A stretch of DNA of 64,000 nucleotides from a virus, in IMG/VR virus record IMGVR_UViG_3300045988_143356; one strand, 5' to 3'. This document shows, in pieces, positions 52,633-60,655 of this stretch. The notes beneath the pieces were generated by a model, which had not been told where the DNA came from, did not search any database, and worked only from the letters and a program-made list of their open reading frames with translations. How positions within the stretch are numbered: position 1 is the first letter of the stretch; each line of letters starts with the position of its first letter. The translations under genes were made by a program, and so were the position numbers.

Positions 52633-52904
52633 CAGAACTTATTAATTTGGTTGATTATCTGCACCACGGTATTGACACGTTCCTTAGCAATCTTCTTTGT
52701 CAAGCCGTTGGCGTCAGCGCGCTCGGCCCGTTTGATAAGAGCGTTGGATAATTCAAGAAGACCTTGGAGTATCGCTCCCTTCGCAAGATAGATGTCTTTG
52801 CCCTTACTTTCTTTTTCGCAGAGCGTGGCGGTGATTGTGCCGTCCTCGGCGAATGTCACGGCAATCTTTGCCGGTTTCTTACAGTCCAGTGCTTCCATAT
52901 CCAC
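52632..52904 (-). CDS. hypothetical protein
   Basis: 90-aa ORF. Confidence 0.5.
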   Translation of the reverse strand: MDMEALDCKKPAKIAVTFAEDGTITATLCEKESKGKDIYLAKGAILQGLLELSNALIKRAERADANGLTKKIAKERVNTVVQIINQINKF

Positions 52905-53310
52905 CTGTTCCCCTTTTTGTTTCCGACAACTCCTCGACTTCGATGAGTTCCACTTCCGGAAGCTTCATGAACACCATCTGTGCGATTCTGTCACCTACTG
53001 AATAGACGTTATCCTTGGAAGTATCAGTGACGTTGAACACAGCCGTTACCTCTCCGCGATAGTCTGAATCGATGACTCCCACACAGTTCGACAGCGACAA
53101 GTCCTTCTTGCACACTGACGAACGCGGGAATATCAATCCCGTATAACCCACCGGAATCTCGAAAGCGAGTCCGAAGAAGTACTTGACTTGATTCCTTTCC
53201 TTGTCCCAGAACGCGGATATGGCCGTCAAGTCGTAACCGGCAGAGTTATCCGTCCCCTTTCTTGGCATCACCGCTTCGGGTGACAGTCTTTTGATTTTTA
53301 CATTTATCAT
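52879..53310 (-). CDS. dut: dUTP diphosphatase
   Basis: MPRKGTDNSAGYDL, GVIDSDYRGEV, GDRIAQMVF, RGTGGYGSTG motifs. Confidence 0.85.
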   Translation of the reverse strand: MINVKIKRLSPEAVMPRKGTDNSAGYDLTAISAFWDKERNQVKYFFGLAFEIPVGYTGLIFPRSSVCKKDLSLSNCVGVIDSDYRGEVTAVFNVTDTSKDNVYSVGDRIAQMVFMKLPEVELIEVEELSETKRGTGGYGSTGL

Positions 53311-53481
53311 TTATAATACTGTTTTAATGCGCTCTTGCGCTATGGAAAAATAGTCTCTATCCAATTCGATTCCCATGAAATCATATCCCAACTTCTTGCA
53401 GGCTATTCCAGTTGTCCCAGCACCGTCCAACTCGTGGACGCCAACGAAAGCGTCTTTGTCAAGTATCGTCTCTTTTCTTTT
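53311..53481 (-). pseudogene. start-less fragment resembling a DNA methyltransferase C-terminus (motif I region)
   Basis: Hand translation …KRKETILDKDAFVGVHELDGAGTTGIACKKLGYDFMGIELDRDYFSIAQERIKTVL*. No start codon; +1 frame relative to the overlapping zinc-ribbon ORF. Confidence 0.4.
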
Positions 53482-53695
53482 TATTGTATTCCCTGTAATA
53501 TTCCAAAACTTTCTTTCTGTACTCCGGATCCCCCCGCATCTTTTGGGCGTGCCGGACCTGACCCGCTTCGGTGTACTTCATACTGTTCTCCTTGCGGCAG
53601 TACTTGCAGTAAGAGTCAAGACCGTCCCTCCGTGTCTTGTTGCGGTAGAACTCCGACTCCGGAAGCTCCTCACCGCAATGGCTGCATCGCTTCAC
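53459..53695 (-). CDS. zinc-ribbon protein
   Basis: CSHCGEELPESEF…DSYCKYCRKE. Confidence 0.6.
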   Translation of the reverse strand: MKRCSHCGEELPESEFYRNKTRRDGLDSYCKYCRKENSMKYTEAGQVRHAQKMRGDPEYRKKVLEYYREYNKKKRDDT

Positions 53696-54344
53696 GTGAC
53701 ACCTCCTCCGCTGTCATATATCCGGCGAAGGCGCCGTTATTCACGAACGTCTCCAGATCATACCATATAGGCTCCCATCCGAAATCGGCCTTTCTCAGAA
53801 AGTTTTTCCGGTCCGGAACCGGGACAAGCCTGCGCTGCCATGTCCGGAACATTGTTTTGCCGTTCACGACTATATGCTCCGTGTCGTCGAAGCAGCTTGC
53901 GAACGTCTCCCAAGGGAGGAGATCGTCAAGATCATTCACGGTGAAGTAGGTCTTTATCTGTGGAACCTTCCTTTCAAAAAGATATCTTCCCGTGTGGGCG
54001 TCATAATTGATGTTCGCGTATGTCAGCAGCTCATCAAAAGATCTGACACCCTGCGCCTGAATAAATTTGAACAGCGTATCAAAAGGGTTGAACTTGTCTT
54101 CCCGAGTCATCCGGTCTATCCGGTAGCCGAACGGGAGGAAGTGCAGATGCTCGTATATCTCCCTGCGAATGTCCTCCGCTGTGAACCTTCTTCTTTCCGG
54201 GGATAGCTTGTTGTAGTAGTGTTGCGGAATGTCGTATGCAAGACTTGCGACATAAGTCTTACTTCCTATCGCGTATCGGTAGGAAGTCCACATCAGCATC
54301 TCCTCGAACAAGGAGCATTTCTCTTCTTTCTTTTTCTTTTTCAT
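53670..54344 (-). CDS. hypothetical protein
   Basis: ATG 54344 (MKKKKKEEK…) inside track ORF 53670..54422. Confidence 0.55.
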   Translation of the reverse strand: MKKKKKEEKCSLFEEMLMWTSYRYAIGSKTYVASLAYDIPQHYYNKLSPERRRFTAEDIRREIYEHLHFLPFGYRIDRMTREDKFNPFDTLFKFIQAQGVRSFDELLTYANINYDAHTGRYLFERKVPQIKTYFTVNDLDDLLPWETFASCFDDTEHIVVNGKTMFRTWQRRLVPVPDRKNFLRKADFGWEPIWYDLETFVNNGAFAGYMTAEEVSREAMQPLR

Positions 54345-54454
54345 ACTCTGAAAATTTATGGGAAGGCCGCCCCTTCCCGGATATATATTGAATGGCTTGG
54401 CTTTAAAACACCCCGGCGGCAAGAGTGTAGCCGTTTTACCTACAAGAAACGTGC

Positions 54455-54628
54455 CTATTTGCGTATTTCTGTAAATAATGCGTCCACGAACTTGGTGTTA
54501 TCCGTGAAAAATGAAAGTCCTATTCTCGCGAAGGTACCGTTCTTTGTAGTGGACATCGATATCATCGTAACTTCTAACTGTTTGCTTCTGATGACTGTGC
54601 CGTCATCCATTTTTAATGTAAGTTCCAT
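54455..54628 (-). CDS. small hypothetical protein (57 aa)
   Basis: Hand translation MELTLKMDDGTVIRSKQLEV…; fills a gap in the gene string. Confidence 0.3.
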   Translation of the reverse strand: MELTLKMDDGTVIRSKQLEVTMISMSTTKNGTFARIGLSFFTDNTKFVDALFTEIRK

Positions 54629-54756
54629 ATCCTATGTTTTAAGCACGCCACAGAGTCCTCTTTCAGCGCAAATTGCCACCGACGGCAATAGATGTCCCCT
54701 GATATTTGTGTGAAGTACACGCAGGAGTTGCAGAAAAGTTTCTGTTTGGTCAGCAT
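54613..54756 (-). CDS. small Cys-rich hypothetical protein (47 aa)
   Basis: Hand translation MLTKQKLFCNSCVYFTQISGDICYCRRW…. Confidence 0.3.
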   Translation of the reverse strand: MLTKQKLFCNSCVYFTQISGDIYCRRWQFALKEDSVACLKHRIWNLH

Positions 54757-54759
54757 AGC

Positions 54760-55059
54760 CTATTCCATCGTGTTGATAGCCTCGTTGAGAAAGGAAGCGA
54801 AAGTATTGACGAAAGACTCGTCATCATATAGGTCATCCTTTCGCATCGTGTTCAGTATGGCGTGGACAAGCTCGTGAAGGAAAGTCTGCTGCTGAAATGA
54901 CTGCGGCACGTCACGGTTCCCGCATGTCTGGGCTATTTGTATAACCTTCCGGACGGGATCGTATTGCCCAAAATCTTGTTCATACCTTACCGCCTGCTGA
55001 ATCTCGACAACGTGCTCCACGCCGCCGAGTGTGAATGCTTTTGGTATATTGAAATCCAT
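54760..55059 (-). CDS. HExxH-motif protein (ImmA/IrrE-like candidate)
   Basis: FLHELVHAILN; ATG 55059 preferred to the TTG used by the track (55065). Confidence 0.5.
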   Translation of the reverse strand: MDFNIPKAFTLGGVEHVVEIQQAVRYEQDFGQYDPVRKVIQIAQTCGNRDVPQSFQQQTFLHELVHAILNTMRKDDLYDDESFVNTFASFLNEAINTME

Positions 55060-55061
55060 AC

Positions 55062-55229
55062 TCAAATTGTTTTATTCATCGCCTCGCTCACCGAATATCC
55101 CTTCTCGATGAGCCTTTTGATTTTCCTGCGTTCCTCCCTCGTGAAGAACATTCCGGCTTCACCGAATGTTACCGGATTACCATTGCCGTCATATTTGAAC
55201 GGAATTCGCTTGAACTCTTCGTTTGTCAT
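55062..55229 (-). CDS. small hypothetical protein (55 aa)
   Basis: Hand translation MTNEEFKRIPFKYDGNGNPVTFGEAGMFFTREERRKIKRLIEKGYSVSEAMNKTI. Confidence 0.35.
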   Translation of the reverse strand: MTNEEFKRIPFKYDGNGNPVTFGEAGMFFTREERRKIKRLIEKGYSVSEAMNKTI

Positions 55230-55230
55230 G

Positions 55231-55386
55231 TTATTCCTTGTTTAATTCGTCAACGGAGTGCCAGGTTATCCAGACAATGGCCGGGACACCGAACAGCGTT
55301 TCAAGTTTCTTGGCGATTTTCGTACTGACCTTGCCCTTCCCTTTGATTATGTCGTTCAGCCAAGGAGGGGCAACGCCGACTGTCAT
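55231..55386 (-). CDS. short HigA/XRE-like HTH fragment protein
   Basis: LNDIIKGKGKVSTKIAKKLETLFGVPAIVWI resembles the second half of antidote-type HTH domains; ATG 55386 overlaps the upstream stop. Confidence 0.45.
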   Translation of the reverse strand: MTVGVAPPWLNDIIKGKGKVSTKIAKKLETLFGVPAIVWITWHSVDELNKE

Positions 55387-55514
55387 TGCCCGTCCTCCTC
55401 GTCCAGGTCGCACTCGACCTCGACATCATCGTTGCCGTAATAGACGACGCCCTTCAGATGCTTGCAGCCCACACAGTTGTACGGACACTCGCACGGAGCG
55501 TCAAGCGGTATCAT
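55383..55514 (-). CDS. small Cys-rich acidic protein (43 aa)
   Basis: Hand translation MIPLDAPCECPYNCVGCKHLKGVVYYGNDDVEVECDLDEEDGQ. Confidence 0.3.
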   Translation of the reverse strand: MIPLDAPCECPYNCVGCKHLKGVVYYGNDDVEVECDLDEEDGQ

Positions 55515-55519
55515 TTCCG

Positions 55520-55741
55520 CTAACTTTGTCCTTCGCATAATTTATCTACCTTTTGTTTGAACTTCTTGACCTCCTCGACGTATTTCCCCTCGATTTCCAG
55601 AGCATATTCTGGGATTGCCTCATAATGCCACCACCGCTTGCGCTTCCCGAAGTACTTGACAATATAGACACGCTGTCCATCGTCCACGACGGTGGCCACA
55701 TAATGATACAAAAGGCCGTAATAGTGATACTGAGGTGCCAT
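55520..55741 (-). CDS. hypothetical protein
   Basis: 73-aa ORF. Confidence 0.5.
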   Translation of the reverse strand: MAPQYHYYGLLYHYVATVVDDGQRVYIVKYFGKRKRWWHYEAIPEYALEIEGKYVEEVKKFKQKVDKLCEGQS

Positions 55742-55742
55742 T

Positions 55743-56039
55743 CTACTCGAATACAGAGTTGATGAACCTGTCCGCCATCTGCTCTATCTCCTCATCCGTT
55801 GGCTTCGGGAATTCAATGTCTTCTTTCATGAATTTATTAAACATCCCGAACATACCGTCAGGCACACTCACGCTCTTGATTCCGGACACGAGAGCTTCTT
55901 TTAGCATTCCGTTATCTCTGAAATGTCTCAGCAGTTCTGTCAGGCTTGTTATGATGCACCTGTCGCAGAACGGACTTTTCTTTGCCTCGCAGACTTTAAA
56001 CGCAATCGAAAAGAGGGCTTTTTGTAATTTCTCTTCCAT
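55743..56039 (-). CDS. hypothetical protein
   Basis: 98-aa ORF. Confidence 0.5.
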   Translation of the reverse strand: MEEKLQKALFSIAFKVCEAKKSPFCDRCIITSLTELLRHFRDNGMLKEALVSGIKSVSVPDGMFGMFNKFMKEDIEFPKPTDEEIEQMADRFINSVFE

Positions 56040-56045
56040 AATATT

Positions 56046-56465
56046 TTAGATTTTAAGGTTGTCCGCCAATTCAGATAAACCACATAACCGCAACGCGTGC
56101 TGCAACTCGTGGACGTACTTGATAGGACATGAAATGTTATACATATTGTTGCTTATCTCCACGTTGCGACATTCCCCGTTGTATCTATAATTGACAAGCA
56201 CATATAGATTCTCAGAATTATCTATGTGCAGAATCAATCCAGAGCCTATCGTATCCTGCGTGAATCCGTTATTAGTTAGAATATCAGTAGTGAGCGGTAT
56301 TGGTTTGATATATTCACTCTTAAATGAATATTCTATAGACTTCAGCGGCGACATTATAATAATAAAATCTTCTCCGTTATTATATGCAGCTTTTATTGTT
56401 GTAACCTTAACCGAACCACCAAAACAATCAACCCAGTCTCCCAATTGTAAATCAGAAACTTTCAT
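56046..56465 (-). CDS. hypothetical protein
   Basis: 139-aa ORF. Confidence 0.55.
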   Translation of the reverse strand: MKVSDLQLGDWVDCFGGSVKVTTIKAAYNNGEDFIIIMSPLKSIEYSFKSEYIKPIPLTTDILTNNGFTQDTIGSGLILHIDNSENLYVLVNYRYNGECRNVEISNNMYNISCPIKYVHELQHALRLCGLSELADNLKI

Positions 56466-56466
56466 A

Positions 56467-56847
56467 TTATTCCTTCCAAGTTATTTTACAAGTGGCCACA
56501 ACATTTAATTTATCAGCTACTGCCAATTTAGCAGTTTTCTCGTCCTTGTGAGGATGGTTTGTTGCTATAAAGATTTCTCCGCTTGAGCTTATTGCCAGAT
56601 TAATCCAACCCTCATGTTTTTCGGTAGCAAAGAATAAATCCATACATGAATCTGTATCCACATACCGTCTCCCATTAGGAAGACATGAAAAACAATTTTC
56701 AATTCCATCACTCGCGAAGCAAAGAGCAAGAATTGGACGATCTCCTCCCTGTCTGTCAGTACAAATAATTCTTGCGTCCCTACCGTCTCTTGTAATGACT
56801 TTTCTCTTTGGGTTTTTGAGGTATTCCTCCAAGTTGAATTGCATCAT
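56467..56847 (-). CDS. hypothetical protein, tandem paralogue A
   Basis: EEYLKNPKRKVITRDGR…DLFFA…EGWINL…VATCKITWKE; paralogue of 56850..57230. Confidence 0.55.
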   Translation of the reverse strand: MMQFNLEEYLKNPKRKVITRDGRDARIICTDRQGGDRPILALCFASDGIENCFSCLPNGRRYVDTDSCMDLFFATEKHEGWINLAISSSGEIFIATNHPHKDEKTAKLAVADKLNVVATCKITWKE

Positions 56848-56849
56848 GA

Positions 56850-57230
56850 TTATTCCTCCCATTCGATTTTGCAGGTCGCAACATAGTCTTTTATATACTT
56901 AGATTCCATCTTTGCATCCTTTTCAGATCCGATAGGATAAACAGTACCGATAGCTACTCTACCATCTTCGTTTTTGTACAGATTCAGCCAACCCTCTTTC
57001 TTTTGTGGAGCGAAGAAAAGATCGCTATCTGTGTCTCCTTCTGTGTAAAGTTTCCCATCAGCCGTATAAGAATTCCAACTTTCATGAGTAGGATCCTTCT
57101 TATAAACCGCAAGAACCGGGTAAATGGCTCCCATAACATCGGCACAGACAATTCTCACACTCCTGCCGTCACGAGTAATAACTTTACGGTTTGGATTCTT
57201 TTGATATTCTTCTACAGTAAACTGTTTCAT
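56850..57230 (-). CDS. hypothetical protein, tandem paralogue B
   Basis: EEYQKNPNRKVITRDGR…DLFFA…EGWLNL…VATCKIEWEE. Confidence 0.55.
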   Translation of the reverse strand: MKQFTVEEYQKNPNRKVITRDGRSVRIVCADVMGAIYPVLAVYKKDPTHESWNSYTADGKLYTEGDTDSDLFFAPQKKEGWLNLYKNEDGRVAIGTVYPIGSEKDAKMESKYIKDYVATCKIEWEE

Positions 57231-57292
57231 ATTATCTATTTTTTTTAATTTTTCAAATCTACGATCGCTCTGTTAACATGTCAAATCCTATT

Positions 57293-57916
57293 TTAGTCTG
57301 CTGATGAGGCCCAGGACCCGAGGGATGGATAAACCAATTCCCATCCCGCCTCCTTAATGGCGTTGACAGATTTGATGTCCAGCTTGTATCCTTCCCAGTT
57401 GTAGCAGTCACCGATTCCTCCATAGCAGGTGGACACCTTCTTGATGAGTCCGGCGTCAACCAGAGTCTGAATCTTCTCCGGCGTGTTCCTGTAGAGACTC
57501 TTCCTGTCCTTGGGGTCGTCTGCCTCAATATAGAGGAACTCCAGTACATCGTAGTAATATTTGCCGAACACCTGGATTTTCCTTTCCCACGCCTTCTTCT
57601 GTATCTCCAGCCACTCCTCAGTATCGGGATTCTCCTCCGGGGTGAGATAGACTTTCCTAAGAGCTAATCCCAGACTCTTCACAACACCCTTGGCGGATTT
57701 GCTGGTGGCCTTGGTGACGTCAAAGAGCTTAGGATTATCTTCGATATACTGCATCAGCGCCGTCTTCTTGATTCCCAGTTCACTGGCTGTCTCGGTAACG
57801 AGGGCGAAGGTCGAGCAGTTGACCTTCTGGATCAACGACACAATCCGGTGGACTTCAGAGATCTGGAGTTCCGATGGTTTCCCTTTTCTAATACTTTCTT
57901 TTAGTTTATCGTTCAT
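57293..57916 (-). CDS. hypothetical protein
   Basis: 207-aa ORF. Confidence 0.55.
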   Translation of the reverse strand: MNDKLKESIRKGKPSELQISEVHRIVSLIQKVNCSTFALVTETASELGIKKTALMQYIEDNPKLFDVTKATSKSAKGVVKSLGLALRKVYLTPEENPDTEEWLEIQKKAWERKIQVFGKYYYDVLEFLYIEADDPKDRKSLYRNTPEKIQTLVDAGLIKKVSTCYGGIGDCYNWEGYKLDIKSVNAIKEAGWELVYPSLGSWASSAD

Positions 57917-57936
57917 AATGATTTTTATTTCTTATT

Positions 57937-58263
57937 TTATTGCTGCACTTTGAATTGTTCGTATCCTTCGAGAAATAGTGCACGGGCTACATCTTTTTTC
58001 CATTCCTCAAAATTTCCATATTTTTCTCCGTTACTCGAATAGTGATACCTGTATTTTGATCCACAACCAGGACATTCAAAACACAGAAAATACCCATTTT
58101 CAGTAACACAATATCCCACAATACCTTCTCGATATGCTGATCGATGTGTAAAATGGTAGTTACAGTTATCACATGCACATGACTTATTGTACCTATATTC
58201 CTCGTAGTTGAGGATTTCCGGTAAATTCCATTCTCCTTTACCAAATTCGTGTCTGAAAATCAT
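57937..58263 (-). CDS. zinc-ribbon-like hypothetical protein
   Basis: CACDNCNYHF…CPGCGSKY. Confidence 0.5.
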   Translation of the reverse strand: MIFRHEFGKGEWNLPEILNYEEYRYNKSCACDNCNYHFTHRSAYREGIVGYCVTENGYFLCFECPGCGSKYRYHYSSNGEKYGNFEEWKKDVARALFLEGYEQFKVQQ

Positions 58264-58496
58264 CTTCTTGAGCTAAATTGGTTCTTCATTGCTTTTCTGA
58301 ATCTAATCTCAAAGTCATCAAACCAAGATATTCCTATCTCTTCCTTTTGATGCTTGAACCACTCGACGGCTTTTTCTATCAATTCGGATTGCATCCACTC
58401 TGAACCTGCAATGAACGCTTCTTCTATTTCAGTTGGAACATAATCTTGCGAACCTATATTAGATTCATATTCTTTTGCTTTTTCTTCGATACTCAT
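58260..58496 (-). CDS. hypothetical protein
   Basis: 78-aa ORF, 4-nt overlap with the next gene. Confidence 0.5.
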   Translation of the reverse strand: MSIEEKAKEYESNIGSQDYVPTEIEEAFIAGSEWMQSELIEKAVEWFKHQKEEIGISWFDDFEIRFRKAMKNQFSSRR

Positions 58497-58498
58497 AA

Positions 58499-58690
58499 CT
58501 ATTTCTTTCTTTTCGGTTTATAATTATCGCATATAGTCTGTCTTGGATTATTGCAAGGCCCGATACCAAACAATTTGCAAGACTTACAGATTTTCTTCTC
58601 TGATTTTCTTAATTGATATGATGGTATCTTCTTGAAATTGAAATCAGTAGGTTCGACCCCAAAAAGTTGAATTGGTGAATATCTTGACAT
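58499..58690 (-). CDS. small Cys-containing protein
   Basis: 63-aa ORF, CKSCKLFGIGPCNN. Confidence 0.45.
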   Translation of the reverse strand: MSRYSPIQLFGVEPTDFNFKKIPSYQLRKSEKKICKSCKLFGIGPCNNPRQTICDNYKPKRKK

Positions 58691-58692
58691 AA

Positions 58693-58929
58693 CTATTGTA
58701 TTGGTTCATCCGTATCACCATCCCATACATTACCATCATTGGTATATATGTTATCATCATCACCGTAATGCCAACATTTTGGACAGTAATGTTTTCCCCC
58801 AAGTGTACGCCACGAATTATCGTCTGCTACCTCTTTTGCTCCCTCTGGGTCAGCACACCACGACGAATCATCTGCCAATGTTTTACAGCAATCGCATTCA
58901 ATATTGTAAAAATATTCTTTTATTAACAT
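58693..58929 (-). CDS. small zinc-ribbon-like protein
   Basis: 78-aa ORF, CDCCKTL…CPKCWHY. Confidence 0.45.
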   Translation of the reverse strand: MLIKEYFYNIECDCCKTLADDSSWCADPEGAKEVADDNSWRTLGGKHYCPKCWHYGDDDNIYTNDGNVWDGDTDEPIQ

Positions 58930-58931
58930 AA

Positions 58932-59159
58932 CTATTTCTTTTTAAGTTCTTTAATAAGTGCATCTGCAACCTCTACTGCTTCCTTTGTGCAATTTTCTGG
59001 AGAAAGAGTCTTATATATTCTGTTGGGATTTGAATACCATGCTATAAGCACATCTTTTGCAATTTCATACCTGCGCTGATCCCAGTCGATTTCCTTTGAT
59101 TGGGCTTCACGGAAATATCTTGTCGCCGATTCCAAGAACGTTTGTTCAAGATCTGTCAT
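58932..59159 (-). CDS. hypothetical protein
   Basis: ATG 59159 (MTDLEQTF…) gives an ATGA junction with the upstream gene; the track start 59228 would overlap it by 73 nt. Confidence 0.45.
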   Translation of the reverse strand: MTDLEQTFLESATRYFREAQSKEIDWDQRRYEIAKDVLIAWYSNPNRIYKTLSPENCTKEAVEVADALIKELKKK

Positions 59160-59413
59160 AATCCAAATATTTTTCTGATTATCAAGTAAATCAACCATAA
59201 TATAGACGCAACGAGAAAGAGTGGCCAAAGTATAATCATCATCCTAACACCTTGCGTATTTGTGTGCCAAGCTGGATCAGGAGGATACTTTTCGAGCAAA
59301 AGCGGTTTTATTGAATAACCCCATTTGAGAAGCGTTAACTCCGTCTTTTCCCAAGCCGAAGCGACAATGGCACCTATGAATATGTAGCCAAGAATAATTA
59401 GTATAATCTTCAT
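59156..59413 (-). CDS. small membrane protein
   Basis: Two hydrophobic helices (IILIILGYIFIGAIVA, MMIILWPLFLVASILWLIYLI). Confidence 0.5.
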   Translation of the reverse strand: MKIILIILGYIFIGAIVASAWEKTELTLLKWGYSIKPLLLEKYPPDPAWHTNTQGVRMMIILWPLFLVASILWLIYLIIRKIFGL

Positions 59414-59808
59414 TTTAATTCTTCTTCAAGAACTAATCCACCTTTCAATACATGTTGTTGCATCAATGGAGATAGTTTTATCATCTGCTCATAAGTAGGT
59501 CTTACCCAGTTGTGCAACTTAGCGCCAGAAATAAACTCCAATTTAAGCCATTCCGTATAAGAGATGGTCGTTTTATGTAACATTATCGCTGCTTTACAGA
59601 AACGGCACCCAATCGTAAATGGGGTTACACCTTTTGCTGTATATTGTGTATAAAAACTCTTGCCGCATTTCTCGCAGATATAAACATCCACGCCAGTGCC
59701 TCTGCCGTCAAATATACGGGCAGTTTCAATGTCTTTAAGCATCTGGTCGTACTTTTTCTTTAATTCTTCCATAGAATTATATTTTTTAATAGCTATTCCT
59801 CCCACCAT
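59410..59808 (-). CDS. zinc-ribbon-like hypothetical protein
   Basis: CEKCGKSF…CRFCKAA. Confidence 0.5.
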   Translation of the reverse strand: MVGGIAIKKYNSMEELKKKYDQMLKDIETARIFDGRGTGVDVYICEKCGKSFYTQYTAKGVTPFTIGCRFCKAAIMLHKTTISYTEWLKLEFISGAKLHNWVRPTYEQMIKLSPLMQQHVLKGGLVLEEELK

Positions 59809-60245
59809 TTATAGTACTTCGGAGCATCATCGTTTGTGCCTACAAGATGAGCGGTTTTGTCGTTGTAAGGGATTTGTTGTTTCCACATTCCAGTATGGGA
59901 AAATACCGCAGCTACCCACCAAGAAGCATCATAATCTCTTACCAATACCTTATCAAATGGCTTCAACGTCTCAGGGTCAAAACGCTCCTTCTTTGGCTTG
60001 AATGTACTCCAGTCACGGTTGTCCTTTGAGGGAAATAACAAGCATTCATCGCCTAATTCGCTGATTGCCCCATTAGGGAAGAATGTCTTATTGCAAATTA
60101 TATTGGCAGTCCCTACATAATTGACAGTCACAAATTTATCGACAACCGAATATAAACTACAAACACCATAAAGTGGTGTGTACAGCTTCGTCCCTTTCGG
60201 GCTGTCTTTCAGAATCTCGCAGAGATTCAGTTCTTTATTTTCCAT
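59793..60245 (-). CDS. hypothetical protein
   Basis: 150-aa ORF. Confidence 0.5.
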   Translation of the reverse strand: MENKELNLCEILKDSPKGTKLYTPLYGVCSLYSVVDKFVTVNYVGTANIICNKTFFPNGAISELGDECLLFPSKDNRDWSTFKPKKERFDPETLKPFDKVLVRDYDASWWVAAVFSHTGMWKQQIPYNDKTAHLVGTNDDAPKYYKWWEE

Positions 60246-60621
60246 AACCTATTTTGCTTTGATTAAGTCTCAACATTCTCTCCAGATACTTTTGGTTCCC
60301 GTAGATCACATCCGACACCTTAAGCTGGAAGCGGTTGTAGGAGTCGATATACATAAGCTGCCTCCTGAAATACTTTGTGGCGCATCTGTAAGCCTCCTTG
60401 TAAGCCTTTGTTACGGCTCTCGCCTTGGCTATTTTCCTGCCTATAGACTCGTCATAGGTGTCTTCCGGATTACACTTAGCCCTGCCTATGGCATAATACT
60501 CGTGATACCAACTTGGGGTTATCTGCGTGCGTATGCGCATACGGCATTCAGTCGTATGGCCCGTGACAGAATAGTCCTCCTCTACAATCCTTACCTTAAT
60601 TGATTGGTTTGTGTGTCTCAT
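60235..60621 (-). CDS. hypothetical protein
   Basis: 128-aa ORF. Confidence 0.5.
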   Translation of the reverse strand: MRHTNQSIKVRIVEEDYSVTGHTTECRMRIRTQITPSWYHEYYAIGRAKCNPEDTYDESIGRKIAKARAVTKAYKEAYRCATKYFRRQLMYIDSYNRFQLKVSDVIYGNQKYLERMLRLNQSKIGYGK

Positions 60622-60655
60622 TTTAAAAATTAGCTAAATTGTAATCCTTAATCTT

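Noticed and set aside
53459-53481. Programmed frameshift at AAT AAA AAG AAA AGA fusing the zinc-ribbon ORF to the methyltransferase-like fragment
   Set aside because: The required shift is +1, whereas the A-rich heptamer favours -1. The heptamer is also imperfect (T_AAA_AAG). A gene relic is the simpler explanation.
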